Part shown: positions 18,001 to 25,646 of the stretch, in pieces | How positions within the stretch are numbered: position 1 is the first letter of the stretch | Layout of the letters: each line of letters starts with the position of its first letter | Assembly (NCBI GenBank): GCA_041946805.1 | Contig: JBHGBC010000084.1 | Location: forward strand, 1-25,723 | Length of the DNA stretch: 25,723 nt | Source of the DNA: a bacterium | Lineage (GTDB): Bacteria > Hinthialibacterota > Hinthialibacteria > Hinthialibacterales > Hinthialibacteraceae | Reading direction: 5' to 3' | Program-made: the position numbers and the translations under genes | The notes under the pieces: generated by a model | Seen by the model: only the letters and a program-made list of their open reading frames with translations | The model's database searches: none | What the model was told of the DNA's origin: nothing

Positions 18001-18055
18001 CGAATCCACCGAGTACGAACGATCCGGTCACGATCCAGAATGACAAATACCGCAT
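15029..18055 (-). CDS. Secreted multidomain glycoside hydrolase-like protein (CBM4/9-like N-terminus; DUF4091/GH123-like C-terminus)
   Basis: Signal peptide; ILNPGFEDG...LYFD carbohydrate-binding-module pattern; AARGEFEPVQV, WWPDPL, YIYWFDEP, WWYVCTGP, GNGDGRFLYP, SIRWEMLREGFEDYEY. Confidence 0.85.
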   Translation of the reverse strand: MRYLSFWIVTGSFVLGGFAFAAESGNPPILNPGFEDGQAEGGKFIPRGWTAPPEGCEAMEPGFDSPRGVLVQGNGDNDAAWISDPVSVQPGAWYEFSFWGKKSPETQGGSAVSGPTFANQDIRLENDWKRYTAVFRVPENQTEARFRLGQWHVNGTLYFDAAGLVPVQPIFTRREGLMLGQGERVQDTAYTALHDLDAAGGNGCRFMQSSSAGFNTGRLLFGTQAQVTYRHEIPDNRLVEASVEVNLNYRTAGVCRVSAWSDKADWTELGAFSELNTQTLALPEALLPAAWLEIRLEGAADDQGCNFQVDQYRLKGTLEKPLPALDGKTYFLRVSDSDPSARVVIEQVGDPKPGLDTELVMSVEHPGKEKCLFTARIDTSGPASQDAFIHRFSVNAGETATVRIPYSVSDTGQHQVYIQVFRSMEENIFRGELTLDVPFLYAADYGERLDSGTIGSVWWCPATYKVSQIRPVPRRQGHAAELSAARGEFEPVQVVLRPDKAVSGMTAAAGALRGPEGAEIPAEAIQVKQVEYVYVHRPSDAWGCVDWWPDPLPPAEEPLALAAGRNYPFWIVVHVPPDARAGMYTGAVRFQSEDWNVQVPLQLRVYDFAIPKISSVRSGFGFSPGLLRQYHHLESREEVDQVTDLYLQSFRDHRISPYDPMMLHPIKYELTDKYAFDFSDFDKAGERYFDEFGFTGLRLDLEGMGGGTFHSRRKGKIGDYEQGTPEHERLFRDYASTIERHLQEKGWLDKAYIYWFDEPDPKDYEFVVEGMEMIKRNAPGLKRFLTEQPEPELLGHVDIWCAIIDQYDPEGAKERRKQGEEFWWYVCTGPKQPYPGLFIDHPAVDMRLWLWMTYRYNVQGCLVWQSNYWTSGAAFPSPQWQDPWSDPMSYVSGYDNPPGYVGYWGNGDGRFLYPPKNWTDGKKRICGPVDSIRWEMLREGFEDYEYFKLVENALKAGNLTDAQRQKAEELLQIPTSIIASMTEYTKDPAPMYEWRDALARFLEEIGKQ

Positions 18056-18285
18056 GGTGTCTTCCTTTCTTGGAGAGTCATTGCCACCATCATATCGAAA
18101 GGAGCGCTGAGGAGGAAAGGGAGAGAGGGATCATCGAAATACCCCGGCGGGATATGGAGGGCGGCAGATTTATATAAGTCTTGAAAACCGGAACGATGGT
18201 GGATTCCCTGTAGTTTCGTGTAAGATATTGATAGTGCTTGGAACCGATGTAAACCAAGATTCCCGGCGTTTTTGAGGGAGAACGA

Positions 18286-18576
18286 ATGAGCATTCATGAC
18301 ATTATCCAGAGTCAGCGGGATGAAATTCTGCGAGTGGCCAGCCAACATGGGGCTCTCAACGTGCGCGTCTTTGGTTCCGTGGCCCGCGGGGAAGCGGACG
18401 AGAACAGCGACGTCGATTTCCTGGTGGAAATGGGTTCGAACCGCAGTTTCTTTTTCCCCGGCGGATTGATCATGGACCTGCAGGATCTGTTGCAAAGAAA
18501 GGTCGATGTTATAACGGAAAACAGTCTGCCGGAAAAACTGCGTGAGAAAGTGTTGAAGGAAGCCATTGCGTTATGA
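18286..18576 (+). CDS. Minimal nucleotidyltransferase (MNT) antitoxin of an MNT-HEPN pair
   Basis: 96 aa with an exact GSX10DXD motif (GS-VARGEADENS-DVD) and LLQRKVDVI; RBS GAGGGAG. Confidence 0.93.
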   Translation: MSIHDIIQSQRDEILRVASQHGALNVRVFGSVARGEADENSDVDFLVEMGSNRSFFFPGGLIMDLQDLLQRKVDVITENSLPEKLREKVLKEAIAL

Positions 18577-18911
18577 GAAGCGATAAGGAACGCTTGCACC
18601 ATATCTGGGACGCGATCGAACGTATCGAAAAATACGCAGAGAAAGGCAAAAACGTTTTCTTGGAGGATGAATTGATTCAAAATTGGATGCTACGGCATCT
18701 GCAGATCATAGGAGAAGCCAGCCAGCATCTATCCCCATCGTTTTAGCGAAGCCATCCGGAAATCTCGTGGCGATCCATCGTTGGTCTGAGAAATGTGCTG
18801 GTTCACCAATATTTCGAAATCGATCCCGAATTGATATGGTCGATCATTCAATCCGACTTGCCTTATTTGAAACAGAAAATCAACTCGATATTGGAATCGG
18901 ATTCGATTTGA
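18573..18911 (+). pseudogene. HEPN (DUF86, HepT-like) RNase toxin with an in-frame TAG at 18744-18746
   Basis: Translated by hand from the ATGA overlap with the MNT stop: MRSDKERLHHIWDAIERIEKYAEKGKNVFLEDELIQNWMLRHLQIIGEASQHLSPSF*RSHPEISWRSIVGLRNVLVHQYFEIDPELIWSIIQSDLPYLKQKINSILESDSI*. The RX4HXY motif (RNVLVHQY) lies after the stop. Confidence 0.9.
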
Positions 18912-19046
18912 TGCCTCCGGCTCTGCCGCTTCTCCGATTCTCACATTATCCCTTTATGTTGCCTTTCCATCCGGATTAAACTGTACGGCATGGATTTCAG
19001 CTTCGCGGTTCCACCGAATCCCTCACCGGTTTCATGGGGCCGGATA

Positions 19047-20537
19047 ATGAAAGTGTTGCTGGTTCACCCGAGTCCGCTACTGTATTCGGAAATCTACCTG
19101 CGCCTCGAGCCGTTGGGCTTGGAGTACACGGCCGAGGCGGCGCGCCGGGCGGGACATGAGGTCCGGCTGCTCGATCTCCAGGTTTTCACCCGCCGGGATT
19201 TTGAACACGAACTGCGCGCTTTCCAACCGGGCGCGGTGGGTTTCAGCGTCAACTACCTGGCGAACGTGCCCGAAGTGATCGATCTGGCAAAGTTGACGAA
19301 ACAACGCCTGCCCAAGGCCTTCGTTTTTTGCGGGGGGCACAGCGTTTCATTTATCGGCGAGGAAGTGTTGGACCACGCCGGGGGGGCGTTGGATTGCGTG
19401 GCGCGGGGCGAGGGCGAAAGCATCATCCCCGCGTTGCTCGAGAGCCTTCCCGATCCGCGCGGCGTCCCCGGCATTCTCACCCCCGAGGGCGCGGGACCGC
19501 GGGCGGAACTGATTCCGGATCTGGACACCGTCCCGCCCGCGCGCGATCTGACCCGGAAGCGCCACCGCTATTTCATCGGCGAACTCGATCCGTGCGCATC
19601 CATCGAATTCACGCGCGGCTGCCCCTGGGATTGCACCTTCTGCAGCGCCTGGACCTTTTACAACCGCCGGCACCGGCTGGGCGATCCGGAGCGCATCGCC
19701 GAGGAACTGGCCCGGATCCGCGAACCCAACGTCTTCCTTGTCGATGACGTGGCCTTCATCAAGCCGGAGCACAGCCTGGCCGTGGCCGAAGCCGTGGCCC
19801 GGCGCGGCATCCGCAAGCGCTACTATCTCGAAACCCGCTGCGATGTGTTGCTCCGTAACCGGGAAATCTTCTCCCAGTGGGCCCGGCTCGGCCTGCAATA
19901 CATGTTTTTGGGACTGGAATCATTGGATGCGGAGCAATTGCGCCTGTTCCGTAAGCGTGTCACCCCCAACCAGAATTTCGAGGCGCTGGAAGTAGCCCGC
20001 GGTCTCGGCATCGACGTGGCCATCAACCTCATTGCCGATCCCGGCTGGGATTTGAAGGACTTTCAACGCGCCCGCGAATGGGCCATGGCCGTGCCCGAGA
20101 TCGTCCACCTGACCGTGGCCACGCCCTACCCGGGCACCGAAATCTTTCTTAGCGAACATCGCCAACTGACCACCGGCGACTACCGGCTTTTCGATATTCA
20201 ACACGCCATCCTGCCCACCCGGCTGCCTTTGCGCCGCTTCTACGAGGAACTGGTCCGGACCCAGTCGATCATCAACGCCAAATTCATGGGCTGGCGGACG
20301 GCGGCCGCGGTCTCGCGCGTCCTGGCGGGGCAACTTCTCCGGGGCCAGACGAATTTTTTGCGGATGCTGTTCAAATTTCCCCGGGTGTACCGGGCCGCAC
20401 GATTTTACCACGACCATTTCCGCCCGGTCCGTTACACGATGCGTCATCCTCAACCGGGTCTCACCCGGCCATCGGCGCGGGATCGGATGATCCACCAAGC
20501 CGAAAAACGGTCCGTGATTACCGCGAAAACCGGCTGA
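19047..20537 (+). CDS. hpnR: Cobalamin-dependent radical SAM methylase, hopanoid C-3 methylase HpnR-like
   Basis: N-terminus MKVLLVHPSPLLYSEIYLRLEPLGLE, NYLANVPEVIDL, CxxxCxxC motif (RGCPWDCTFCSAWTFY) and DYRLFDIQHAILPTRLPL..FYEELV match HpnR as I recall it. The ORF-track start is 18990. Confidence 0.85.
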   Translation: MKVLLVHPSPLLYSEIYLRLEPLGLEYTAEAARRAGHEVRLLDLQVFTRRDFEHELRAFQPGAVGFSVNYLANVPEVIDLAKLTKQRLPKAFVFCGGHSVSFIGEEVLDHAGGALDCVARGEGESIIPALLESLPDPRGVPGILTPEGAGPRAELIPDLDTVPPARDLTRKRHRYFIGELDPCASIEFTRGCPWDCTFCSAWTFYNRRHRLGDPERIAEELARIREPNVFLVDDVAFIKPEHSLAVAEAVARRGIRKRYYLETRCDVLLRNREIFSQWARLGLQYMFLGLESLDAEQLRLFRKRVTPNQNFEALEVARGLGIDVAINLIADPGWDLKDFQRAREWAMAVPEIVHLTVATPYPGTEIFLSEHRQLTTGDYRLFDIQHAILPTRLPLRRFYEELVRTQSIINAKFMGWRTAAAVSRVLAGQLLRGQTNFLRMLFKFPRVYRAARFYHDHFRPVRYTMRHPQPGLTRPSARDRMIHQAEKRSVITAKTG

Positions 20538-20589
20538 CCGGCTCATCCCCGGGCCGGAAACGGAAACGGAGGGATTCCGTTCACCCCGA

Positions 20590-20617
20590 TTGACCTAATC
20601 CTCCGGCCGGATACAAT
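20590..20617 (+). promoter_or_regulatory. Sigma-70-type promoter upstream of rpmE
   Basis: TTGACC (20590-20595), 16-bp spacer, TACAAT (20612-20617). Confidence 0.65.
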
Positions 20618-20659
20618 ACACCGTTTGAGTTTTGATACTGGCGTATGAGGAAATCGATC

Positions 20660-20860
20660 ATGAAACCGAACCTGCATCCCCCTTATTATCTCGCCACCGT
20701 GAAATGCGCGTGCGGGAACACATTCCAGACCGGCTCCACGGCCAGCGACATCCACGTGGATATCTGCTCCGCCTGCCATCCCTTTTTCACCGGCAAGCAG
20801 AAGTTGATCGACGCGGCGGGACGCGTGGAACGGTTCAAGCGGAAATACAAAATGACCTGA
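20660..20860 (+). CDS. rpmE: 50S ribosomal protein L31 (zinc-binding type)
   Basis: MKPNLHPPY...KCACGNTF...[37 protein letters not shown] upstream of ATG 20660. Confidence 0.97.
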   Translation: MKPNLHPPYYLATVKCACGNTFQTGSTASDIHVDICSACHPFFTGKQKLIDAAGRVERFKRKYKMT

Positions 20861-20889
20861 GAAGAATCATGTACCCATCCGGTTCGCGG

Positions 20890-20919
20890 AAAAGGGCGCG
20901 GGATCAGCGCGCCCTTTTT
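20890..20919. terminator. Bidirectional intrinsic terminator between rpmE and the convergent gene
   Basis: aaaa-gggcgcg-ggatcag-cgcgccc-ttttt. Confidence 0.85.
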
Positions 20920-20977
20920 CCATTGATAGCGCAGGGCACTCCCCGGCGTGTGGTTCAGACGGGCGGCGGGACCGGTT

Positions 20978-21307
20978 TCACTGGGGATTGTTTTTTTTCG
21001 AAGGGGGTGGAGGGGGCGGGGGGACCGTTCCCGTCACGGCTCCCTCCTTCGCTGGACCCGGCGGGGGAGTCGCACCGCCGGATTGTGATCGGGTTCTTTC
21101 GCGCCGTTCCTTCTTTTTCTCCTCCACCCAGGCGGTCATTTTTTCGTAATACCGGCGGACGAAGGGCACATCCTTCGAGAGCAGCCACAAGCCGGCCAGG
21201 CCGAAGATCCAACCCTGGATAAAGGGAATCAGGCCGGAAATCGCCCCAATGAGCAACAGGAGTATCCCTAGAGTGATCCGGCCGGCCTTCAATACCGTCT
21301 CTTTCAT
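20978..21307 (-). CDS. Small membrane protein, PGPGW-family-like, with a Pro-rich tail
   Basis: ITLGILLLLIGAISGLIPFIQGWIFGLAGLWLLSKD helical hairpin followed by a charged, low-complexity C-terminus. Start at MKETVLK after a purine-rich RBS. Confidence 0.7.
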   Translation of the reverse strand: MKETVLKAGRITLGILLLLIGAISGLIPFIQGWIFGLAGLWLLSKDVPFVRRYYEKMTAWVEEKKKERRERTRSQSGGATPPPGPAKEGAVTGTVPPPPPPPSKKNNPQ

Positions 21308-21362
21308 ACGTTTTTCCTTTTTCTCCCGCCGGAGAGAAATATCTCGATGGAACGACACGTAG

Positions 21363-21662
21363 TCATCCGTTGATTCTCTCCAAAATGATCAACCGGTCAA
21401 TGAGAAGACGCGACAATTGTTCCACCACCACAGCGGAACACCGCAGCGTGATGCGTAGTCCTGAATTCGCGCATTTGCCATGGATTACCAGAAGGCGGCC
21501 CAGTTCCCGCTCGCTCAGGGGGGTGGATTGTTCGAACACCACCACCAGCCGATGGCCTCCTTCCTGTTCTCGAATTGCCGTGCAGCTGGGAAGCAACTGG
21601 GGAATCTGCTCCCGCGCTCTTTCGGGATGGAAATGAAGCGTCCCGGCGCGTTCGTCCGGCAT
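21363..21662 (-). CDS. Small STAS-like (anti-sigma antagonist-fold) protein, degenerate
   Basis: Strong RBS AAGGAGGAGG before ATG 21662. LVVVFEQSTPLSERELGRLLVIHGKCANSGLRITL...VVEQLSRLLIDRLII follows the STAS beta-alpha pattern. Confidence 0.6.
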   Translation of the reverse strand: MPDERAGTLHFHPERAREQIPQLLPSCTAIREQEGGHRLVVVFEQSTPLSERELGRLLVIHGKCANSGLRITLRCSAVVVEQLSRLLIDRLIILERING

Positions 21663-21813
21663 GGCGGGCCTCCTCCTTGGCGGGCCGCGCTGCGCTTTGA
21701 GCCCACCCTGCATGTCGTCGAAATCCGGATGGCCAGGATAAACAGGATGATCAAGATGATGAGTTACGCGCCGCGCGCTAACCCATCCTGCGATTTACTC
21801 TCTTCTCCCCCAT

Positions 21814-21849
21814 AAAACACGCGGGGCACAGCCGCCTGCGCCCCGTGTG
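21814..21849 (-). terminator. Probable terminator downstream of the BMC genes
   Basis: Minus strand: cacacggggcgcag-gcgg-ctgtgccccgcgtg-tttt. Confidence 0.55.
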
Positions 21850-21985
21850 CCTCGTCGGAGGGAATCAAAAGGAAAGATCGATCAATTAAACGAACCGGAC
21901 TTGTACTGGGTAACGCGCGTCACGCTACCTCACCGACTGCTCATCCGGGTGCAGGCCTTGAATGGATTGCGCCCTTTCAGGGCTA

Positions 21986-22017
21986 CCCTCACCCTGGTCC
22001 TCTCCCAGAGGGAGAGG
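21986..22017. repeat. REP-like palindrome (CCCTCTCCC/GGGAGAGG family)
   Basis: ccctcaccctggtcctctcccagagggagagg. Confidence 0.75.
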
Positions 22018-22075
22018 AAATCGGGTCCCGGATTTCGCCAGGATAAAGATCCGGCGCCATGGCATTCCGTTTGGC

Positions 22076-23500
22076 TTACACCACCCGCAGCGAATCGGCG
22101 ATGGCGAAGCGCTTGACCCGGCTGAAGGTCTTGGGAGTGCAGGGGCCTTCGCCCGTGGGGCCGGCAATGGTGAAGGCCGTCCAGCCCTCGCCGCCGTTGC
22201 CCAGAATCGCCCCGCAGGGGCCGTTGGCCACGAACAGGTTGACCTTGATGGCCTTGGCGAACTGGGTGATGCGGTCCATCCGCTGGCTGTGGATGATGGC
22301 CGTATGGCCGAATCCGTGTTCCGCTTCGATGGATGCGCTGACCGCCTCCTCGAACGTGTTGACCTTCACCAGGGCCAGCACCGGCATCAGCATTTCGTGC
22401 GTGACGAAGGGATGGTTTTTGGCGACTTCCACCAGCAGCAGCTCGCAGTTGGAGGGCGCCTGCAGGTTGATGGCCCGCGCCAGCACCCCCGCGTCCTTGC
22501 CCACGAAGTCCCGGTTGACGTGACCTTCCGCCGTCAGGGTGACGCGGGTCAGGGCCTCGGTCTGGGCGGCGTTGAGCACGTACGCGCCCCGCTGCCGCAT
22601 GGCCGAAATCAGGTCGTCGTACACCGGCGGGAGCACGAAGCACTCCTTTTCACAGATGCACGGCATGTTGTTGTCGAAACTGGAGCCGTCATGAATATTG
22701 CGGGCCGCGCGGGCGATGTCGGCGGTCTCGTCCACGATCACCGGCGGATTGCCCGGTCCGGCCACGATCGCCCGCTTGGGGCTTTCCAGGGCCGCCCGCA
22801 CCACCGCCGGGCCGCCCGTGGCCACCAGCAGGGAAATATCCTCATGGCCCATGATGGTCTTGGCCGTGCGCAGGCTGGGCTGCCGGACCGAGGTCAGCAG
22901 ATTGGCCGGCGCGCCCGCCGCCACCAGCGCCCGGTTGATCGCCTGCATGCTCTCCAGCGTGCACTGCACCGCCCCGGGATGCGGCCCGAAGACCACCGTG
23001 TTGCCGGCCGACAGCATGGCGATGGCGTGGTTGATCACCGTCGCCACCGGATTGGTGGAGGGGGTGATCGTTCCGATCACCCCGAACGGCGCGTATTCCT
23101 GCAGCATGACGCCATGGTCGCCGGTCACGCAGGTGGTGCATAGCTCTTCCGGGCCGGGGGTCTTCTCCAGCGCCAGGGTGTTCTTCAGGATTTTGTGATC
23201 CACCCGGCCCATGCCCGTGTCCCGCACGATCAGTTCCGACCATTCCCGGTTCAATTGGCGGGATGTGTCCCGGATCACCTGGATGAACCGTTTCCGGTCT
23301 TCCAGGGGGACCTCCCGGAACCGCTGAAATGCCTGCTTGGCGGCCTGAATGGCCTGTTCGATATCCTCAAATACACCATCCCGGCCGCCGCTGACCGCGC
23401 CACCCGCGCAGGCGGCCACGTGCGGCTGGGAAGCCTGGGCCTGGTTCTGCACTTCCTGCATCACCCGGCGTACGATTTCCGCGATTTGCCGATCATCCAT
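22076..23500 (-). CDS. BMC-associated CoA-acylating aldehyde dehydrogenase (PduP/EutE family)
   Basis: PFGVIGTITPSTNP, ATGGPAVV, AGPGNPPVIVDETAD, FDNNMPCICEKE (catalytic Cys), TIAGPTGEG; N-terminal encapsulation peptide MDDRQIAEIVRRVMQEV. Confidence 0.95.
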   Translation of the reverse strand: MDDRQIAEIVRRVMQEVQNQAQASQPHVAACAGGAVSGGRDGVFEDIEQAIQAAKQAFQRFREVPLEDRKRFIQVIRDTSRQLNREWSELIVRDTGMGRVDHKILKNTLALEKTPGPEELCTTCVTGDHGVMLQEYAPFGVIGTITPSTNPVATVINHAIAMLSAGNTVVFGPHPGAVQCTLESMQAINRALVAAGAPANLLTSVRQPSLRTAKTIMGHEDISLLVATGGPAVVRAALESPKRAIVAGPGNPPVIVDETADIARAARNIHDGSSFDNNMPCICEKECFVLPPVYDDLISAMRQRGAYVLNAAQTEALTRVTLTAEGHVNRDFVGKDAGVLARAINLQAPSNCELLLVEVAKNHPFVTHEMLMPVLALVKVNTFEEAVSASIEAEHGFGHTAIIHSQRMDRITQFAKAIKVNLFVANGPCGAILGNGGEGWTAFTIAGPTGEGPCTPKTFSRVKRFAIADSLRVV

Positions 23501-23521
23501 TATGCAACTCTTTTCAAACCC

Positions 23522-24427
23522 CTATTTTTGGGGAACGATCACTACTTCGATGCCTTTCCGCTGCAGCAGCTCCAGGGCCAGCGGGGTGATGAGTCCGCCC
23601 CGGGCGGCCTTCACCACCGGCCCCTTGAGTTTCGCCGCGTCTTCCTCGGTCACCAGGCTGGTGATCAGATCCGGTCCGCTCTCCACTTCGTTCAGCACGA
23701 TCCGCGACATGGCCTGGACCGCCTCTTCCGCCGGGAGCAGTTTCATGCCCATCGTGGCCAACTGCTCCCGGTACCGGTTCAGCACATCCTGGATGCCGGG
23801 AACCTGGTTGCCGCAGACGACGCACGCGGTGGGATCCAGCCCTTCGTTGGAGGCGTATGTGGGAATCTTCTGCGCCAGCGCCGACAGCGCCATGTTCAAT
23901 GGGATCGTGTCGGTGATGCCCAGCGCCAGCTTGGCCGCGTGCGTCCGGCTGAACGAGGGCAGAAACACGGCGGAATAACGGGACAAGTTGTACATGATCT
24001 TGTACAACTCCGCCGGTTGATCGATGGCGCGGATGCCCAGCGCGGCGGTTTCGTCCGGCGAAATCACCCAATGGGCGCTGGAGGAGAAAATCGCGTCCAG
24101 GTATATGCCCTGCTCCCGCCACTGCCGGAACGCCTGGGACAGGACGTCCCATTTTTCCCGCGCCCCGGTGAAGATCAGCAGAAAAGCCGGACCTTCCGGC
24201 GGGGGCGCCGGGACGGATTTCACGGCCGGCGGGACAGGCCGGGCGGAAGCGGCGGCCACGGACCGCGGAGCCGGGGCCGGGACCGTACACGTTGGCCCCT
24301 GGCAAGCGAACGCATCGAGGGTTTCGTTCGGATCAGGCGGCAGGGCGGTCTCGCGGGCGCGGTCCTGCTCCGCCAGCACTTTCCGGACTTCATCCGTCAC
24401 GATCCGTTCCAAATCCTGTAAATTCAT
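23522..24427 (-). CDS. BMC-associated flavoprotein-fold protein with encapsulation peptide
   Basis: N-terminal LQDLERIVTDEVRKVLAE, then a Pro/Ala linker; LLIFTGA and PSFSRTHAAKLALGITD motifs (flavoprotein PF02441-like); C-terminal LVTEEDA...LITPLALELLQRKGIEV module. Confidence 0.8.
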   Translation of the reverse strand: MNLQDLERIVTDEVRKVLAEQDRARETALPPDPNETLDAFACQGPTCTVPAPAPRSVAAASARPVPPAVKSVPAPPPEGPAFLLIFTGAREKWDVLSQAFRQWREQGIYLDAIFSSSAHWVISPDETAALGIRAIDQPAELYKIMYNLSRYSAVFLPSFSRTHAAKLALGITDTIPLNMALSALAQKIPTYASNEGLDPTACVVCGNQVPGIQDVLNRYREQLATMGMKLLPAEEAVQAMSRIVLNEVESGPDLITSLVTEEDAAKLKGPVVKAARGGLITPLALELLQRKGIEVVIVPQK

Positions 24428-24436
24428 GGTGGCCTT

Positions 24437-25105
24437 TCAGTCGATGATTTCCGCCTTTTCCCCCCCGCGCAGGCCGCAGGCGTTGCCGTCGTCGGTGTCG
24501 AGGTGCATTTCATCCAAAAACGTGGGATGCACCCGGCATTGCGCGTCTTCGAAGACCGTGCGCTTGTGAGTGGTGATCCGCACTTTGACGATTTGGTTGT
24601 CCACGATGCCCCATTTTTGAGCGGATTGGGCGGACAGATGGATATGCCGGTTCGCCAGAATGACACCCCGCTGCAGATGCACCACGCCCACCGGCCCGAC
24701 CAGGATCAATCCTACACTGCCCTCGTGCTCGCCGGAGGGTTTTACCGGGGGATCGATACCCAGATAGATCGCGTCGGTCTTGGATACTTCGACCTGCGTG
24801 CTTTTGCGCAGGGGACCCAACACCCGCACTTCGCCCAGGCAACGCATACGCGGTCCCACGAGCGTCACAACCTGTTTGGAGGCGAATTGGCCCGGCTGGT
24901 AGAGTTCGTTGCGTTCTTCCAGCGCGAAGCCCGGGCCGTACAGAATCTCCACGTGCTCCTGGCACAGGTGCACATGGCGCACGGAGACATTCACCGGCAC
25001 GAGCTTGCCGTTCGCGGGCGGACCCGCCTGCTCTTCCCGCAGGCGCGCGACCACCCGCCGGGTGATTTGATCGATCAAGGCGCTGTCCACAAGGGGATCT
25101 GCCAT
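24437..25105 (-). CDS. pduL: Phosphate propanoyltransferase / phosphotransacylase PduL
   Basis: VSVRHVHL, QPGQFAS, VRVLGPLRKSTQVEVSKTD, RHIHL, EMHLDTDDGNA; encapsulation peptide SALIDQITRRVVARL. Confidence 0.95.
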   Translation of the reverse strand: MADPLVDSALIDQITRRVVARLREEQAGPPANGKLVPVNVSVRHVHLCQEHVEILYGPGFALEERNELYQPGQFASKQVVTLVGPRMRCLGEVRVLGPLRKSTQVEVSKTDAIYLGIDPPVKPSGEHEGSVGLILVGPVGVVHLQRGVILANRHIHLSAQSAQKWGIVDNQIVKVRITTHKRTVFEDAQCRVHPTFLDEMHLDTDDGNACGLRGGEKAEIID

Positions 25106-25125
25106 CGTTTCCCGGTCCTATAAAC

Positions 25126-25155
25126 GCACGGCGTGGCGGCAACGCCACGCCGTGC
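25126..25155. promoter_or_regulatory. Perfect 13-bp hairpin between the BMC-H gene and pduL
   Basis: gcacggcgtggcg-gcaa-cgccacgccgtgc, followed on the minus strand by gtttata. Confidence 0.65.
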
Positions 25156-25226
25156 CAGGGATTTGCGTAACATGGATTCGGGGACCGCTCCCGGTCCAGG
25201 AATCCAGCGTGGCCGCCGGGAAGCCC

Positions 25227-25520
25227 TTACCCCTTGGTGGGCAGAATGCCTTCGATTTCCGTGTGCGGCCGGGGAATGACATGCACCGACACCACTTCAC
25301 CGACTTTGCGCGCGGCCGCCGCGCCCGCGTCCGTCGCGGCTTTCACCGCGCCGACGTCCCCGCGCACCATCACGGTCACGTAGCCGCCGCCGATCTTCTC
25401 TTTCCCGACCAGCGTCACGCTGGCCGCCTTCACCATGGCGTCCGCGGCTTCGATCGCGCCGACCAATCCGCGTGTCTCGACGAGTCCCAGGGCTTTCCCT
25501 TCCACTGGTGTGTCCTCCAT
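25227..25520 (-). CDS. BMC hexameric shell protein (EutM/PduA family)
   Basis: [24 protein letters not shown]...[23 protein letters not shown]...VHVIPRPH. Confidence 0.97.
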   Translation of the reverse strand: MEDTPVEGKALGLVETRGLVGAIEAADAMVKAASVTLVGKEKIGGGYVTVMVRGDVGAVKAATDAGAAAARKVGEVVSVHVIPRPHTEIEGILPTKG

Positions 25521-25646
25521 TTCCTATGTGAAAATGCCTGCGAGGTTCATCTCAGGTTTCCCGGATGGGATGTTGGGGATTGTATCCCAATTCCACCCCG
25601 GATTAAACCACCGTGGTTTACGCGGCCACGGATTTCTTTTCTTTTT

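Noticed and set aside
18744..18746. Genome-wide TAG recoding or pyrrolysine as the explanation for the in-frame amber codon
   Set aside because: TAG ends glyQS (14798-14800) and the ECF sigma gene (4900-4902) at normal C-termini, so it is an ordinary stop. The other interrupted gene has TAA, not TAG.
18683..18979. 98-aa plus-strand ORF after the MNT gene
   Set aside because: It is out of frame with the HEPN coding sequence at 18573-18911, which explains this region.
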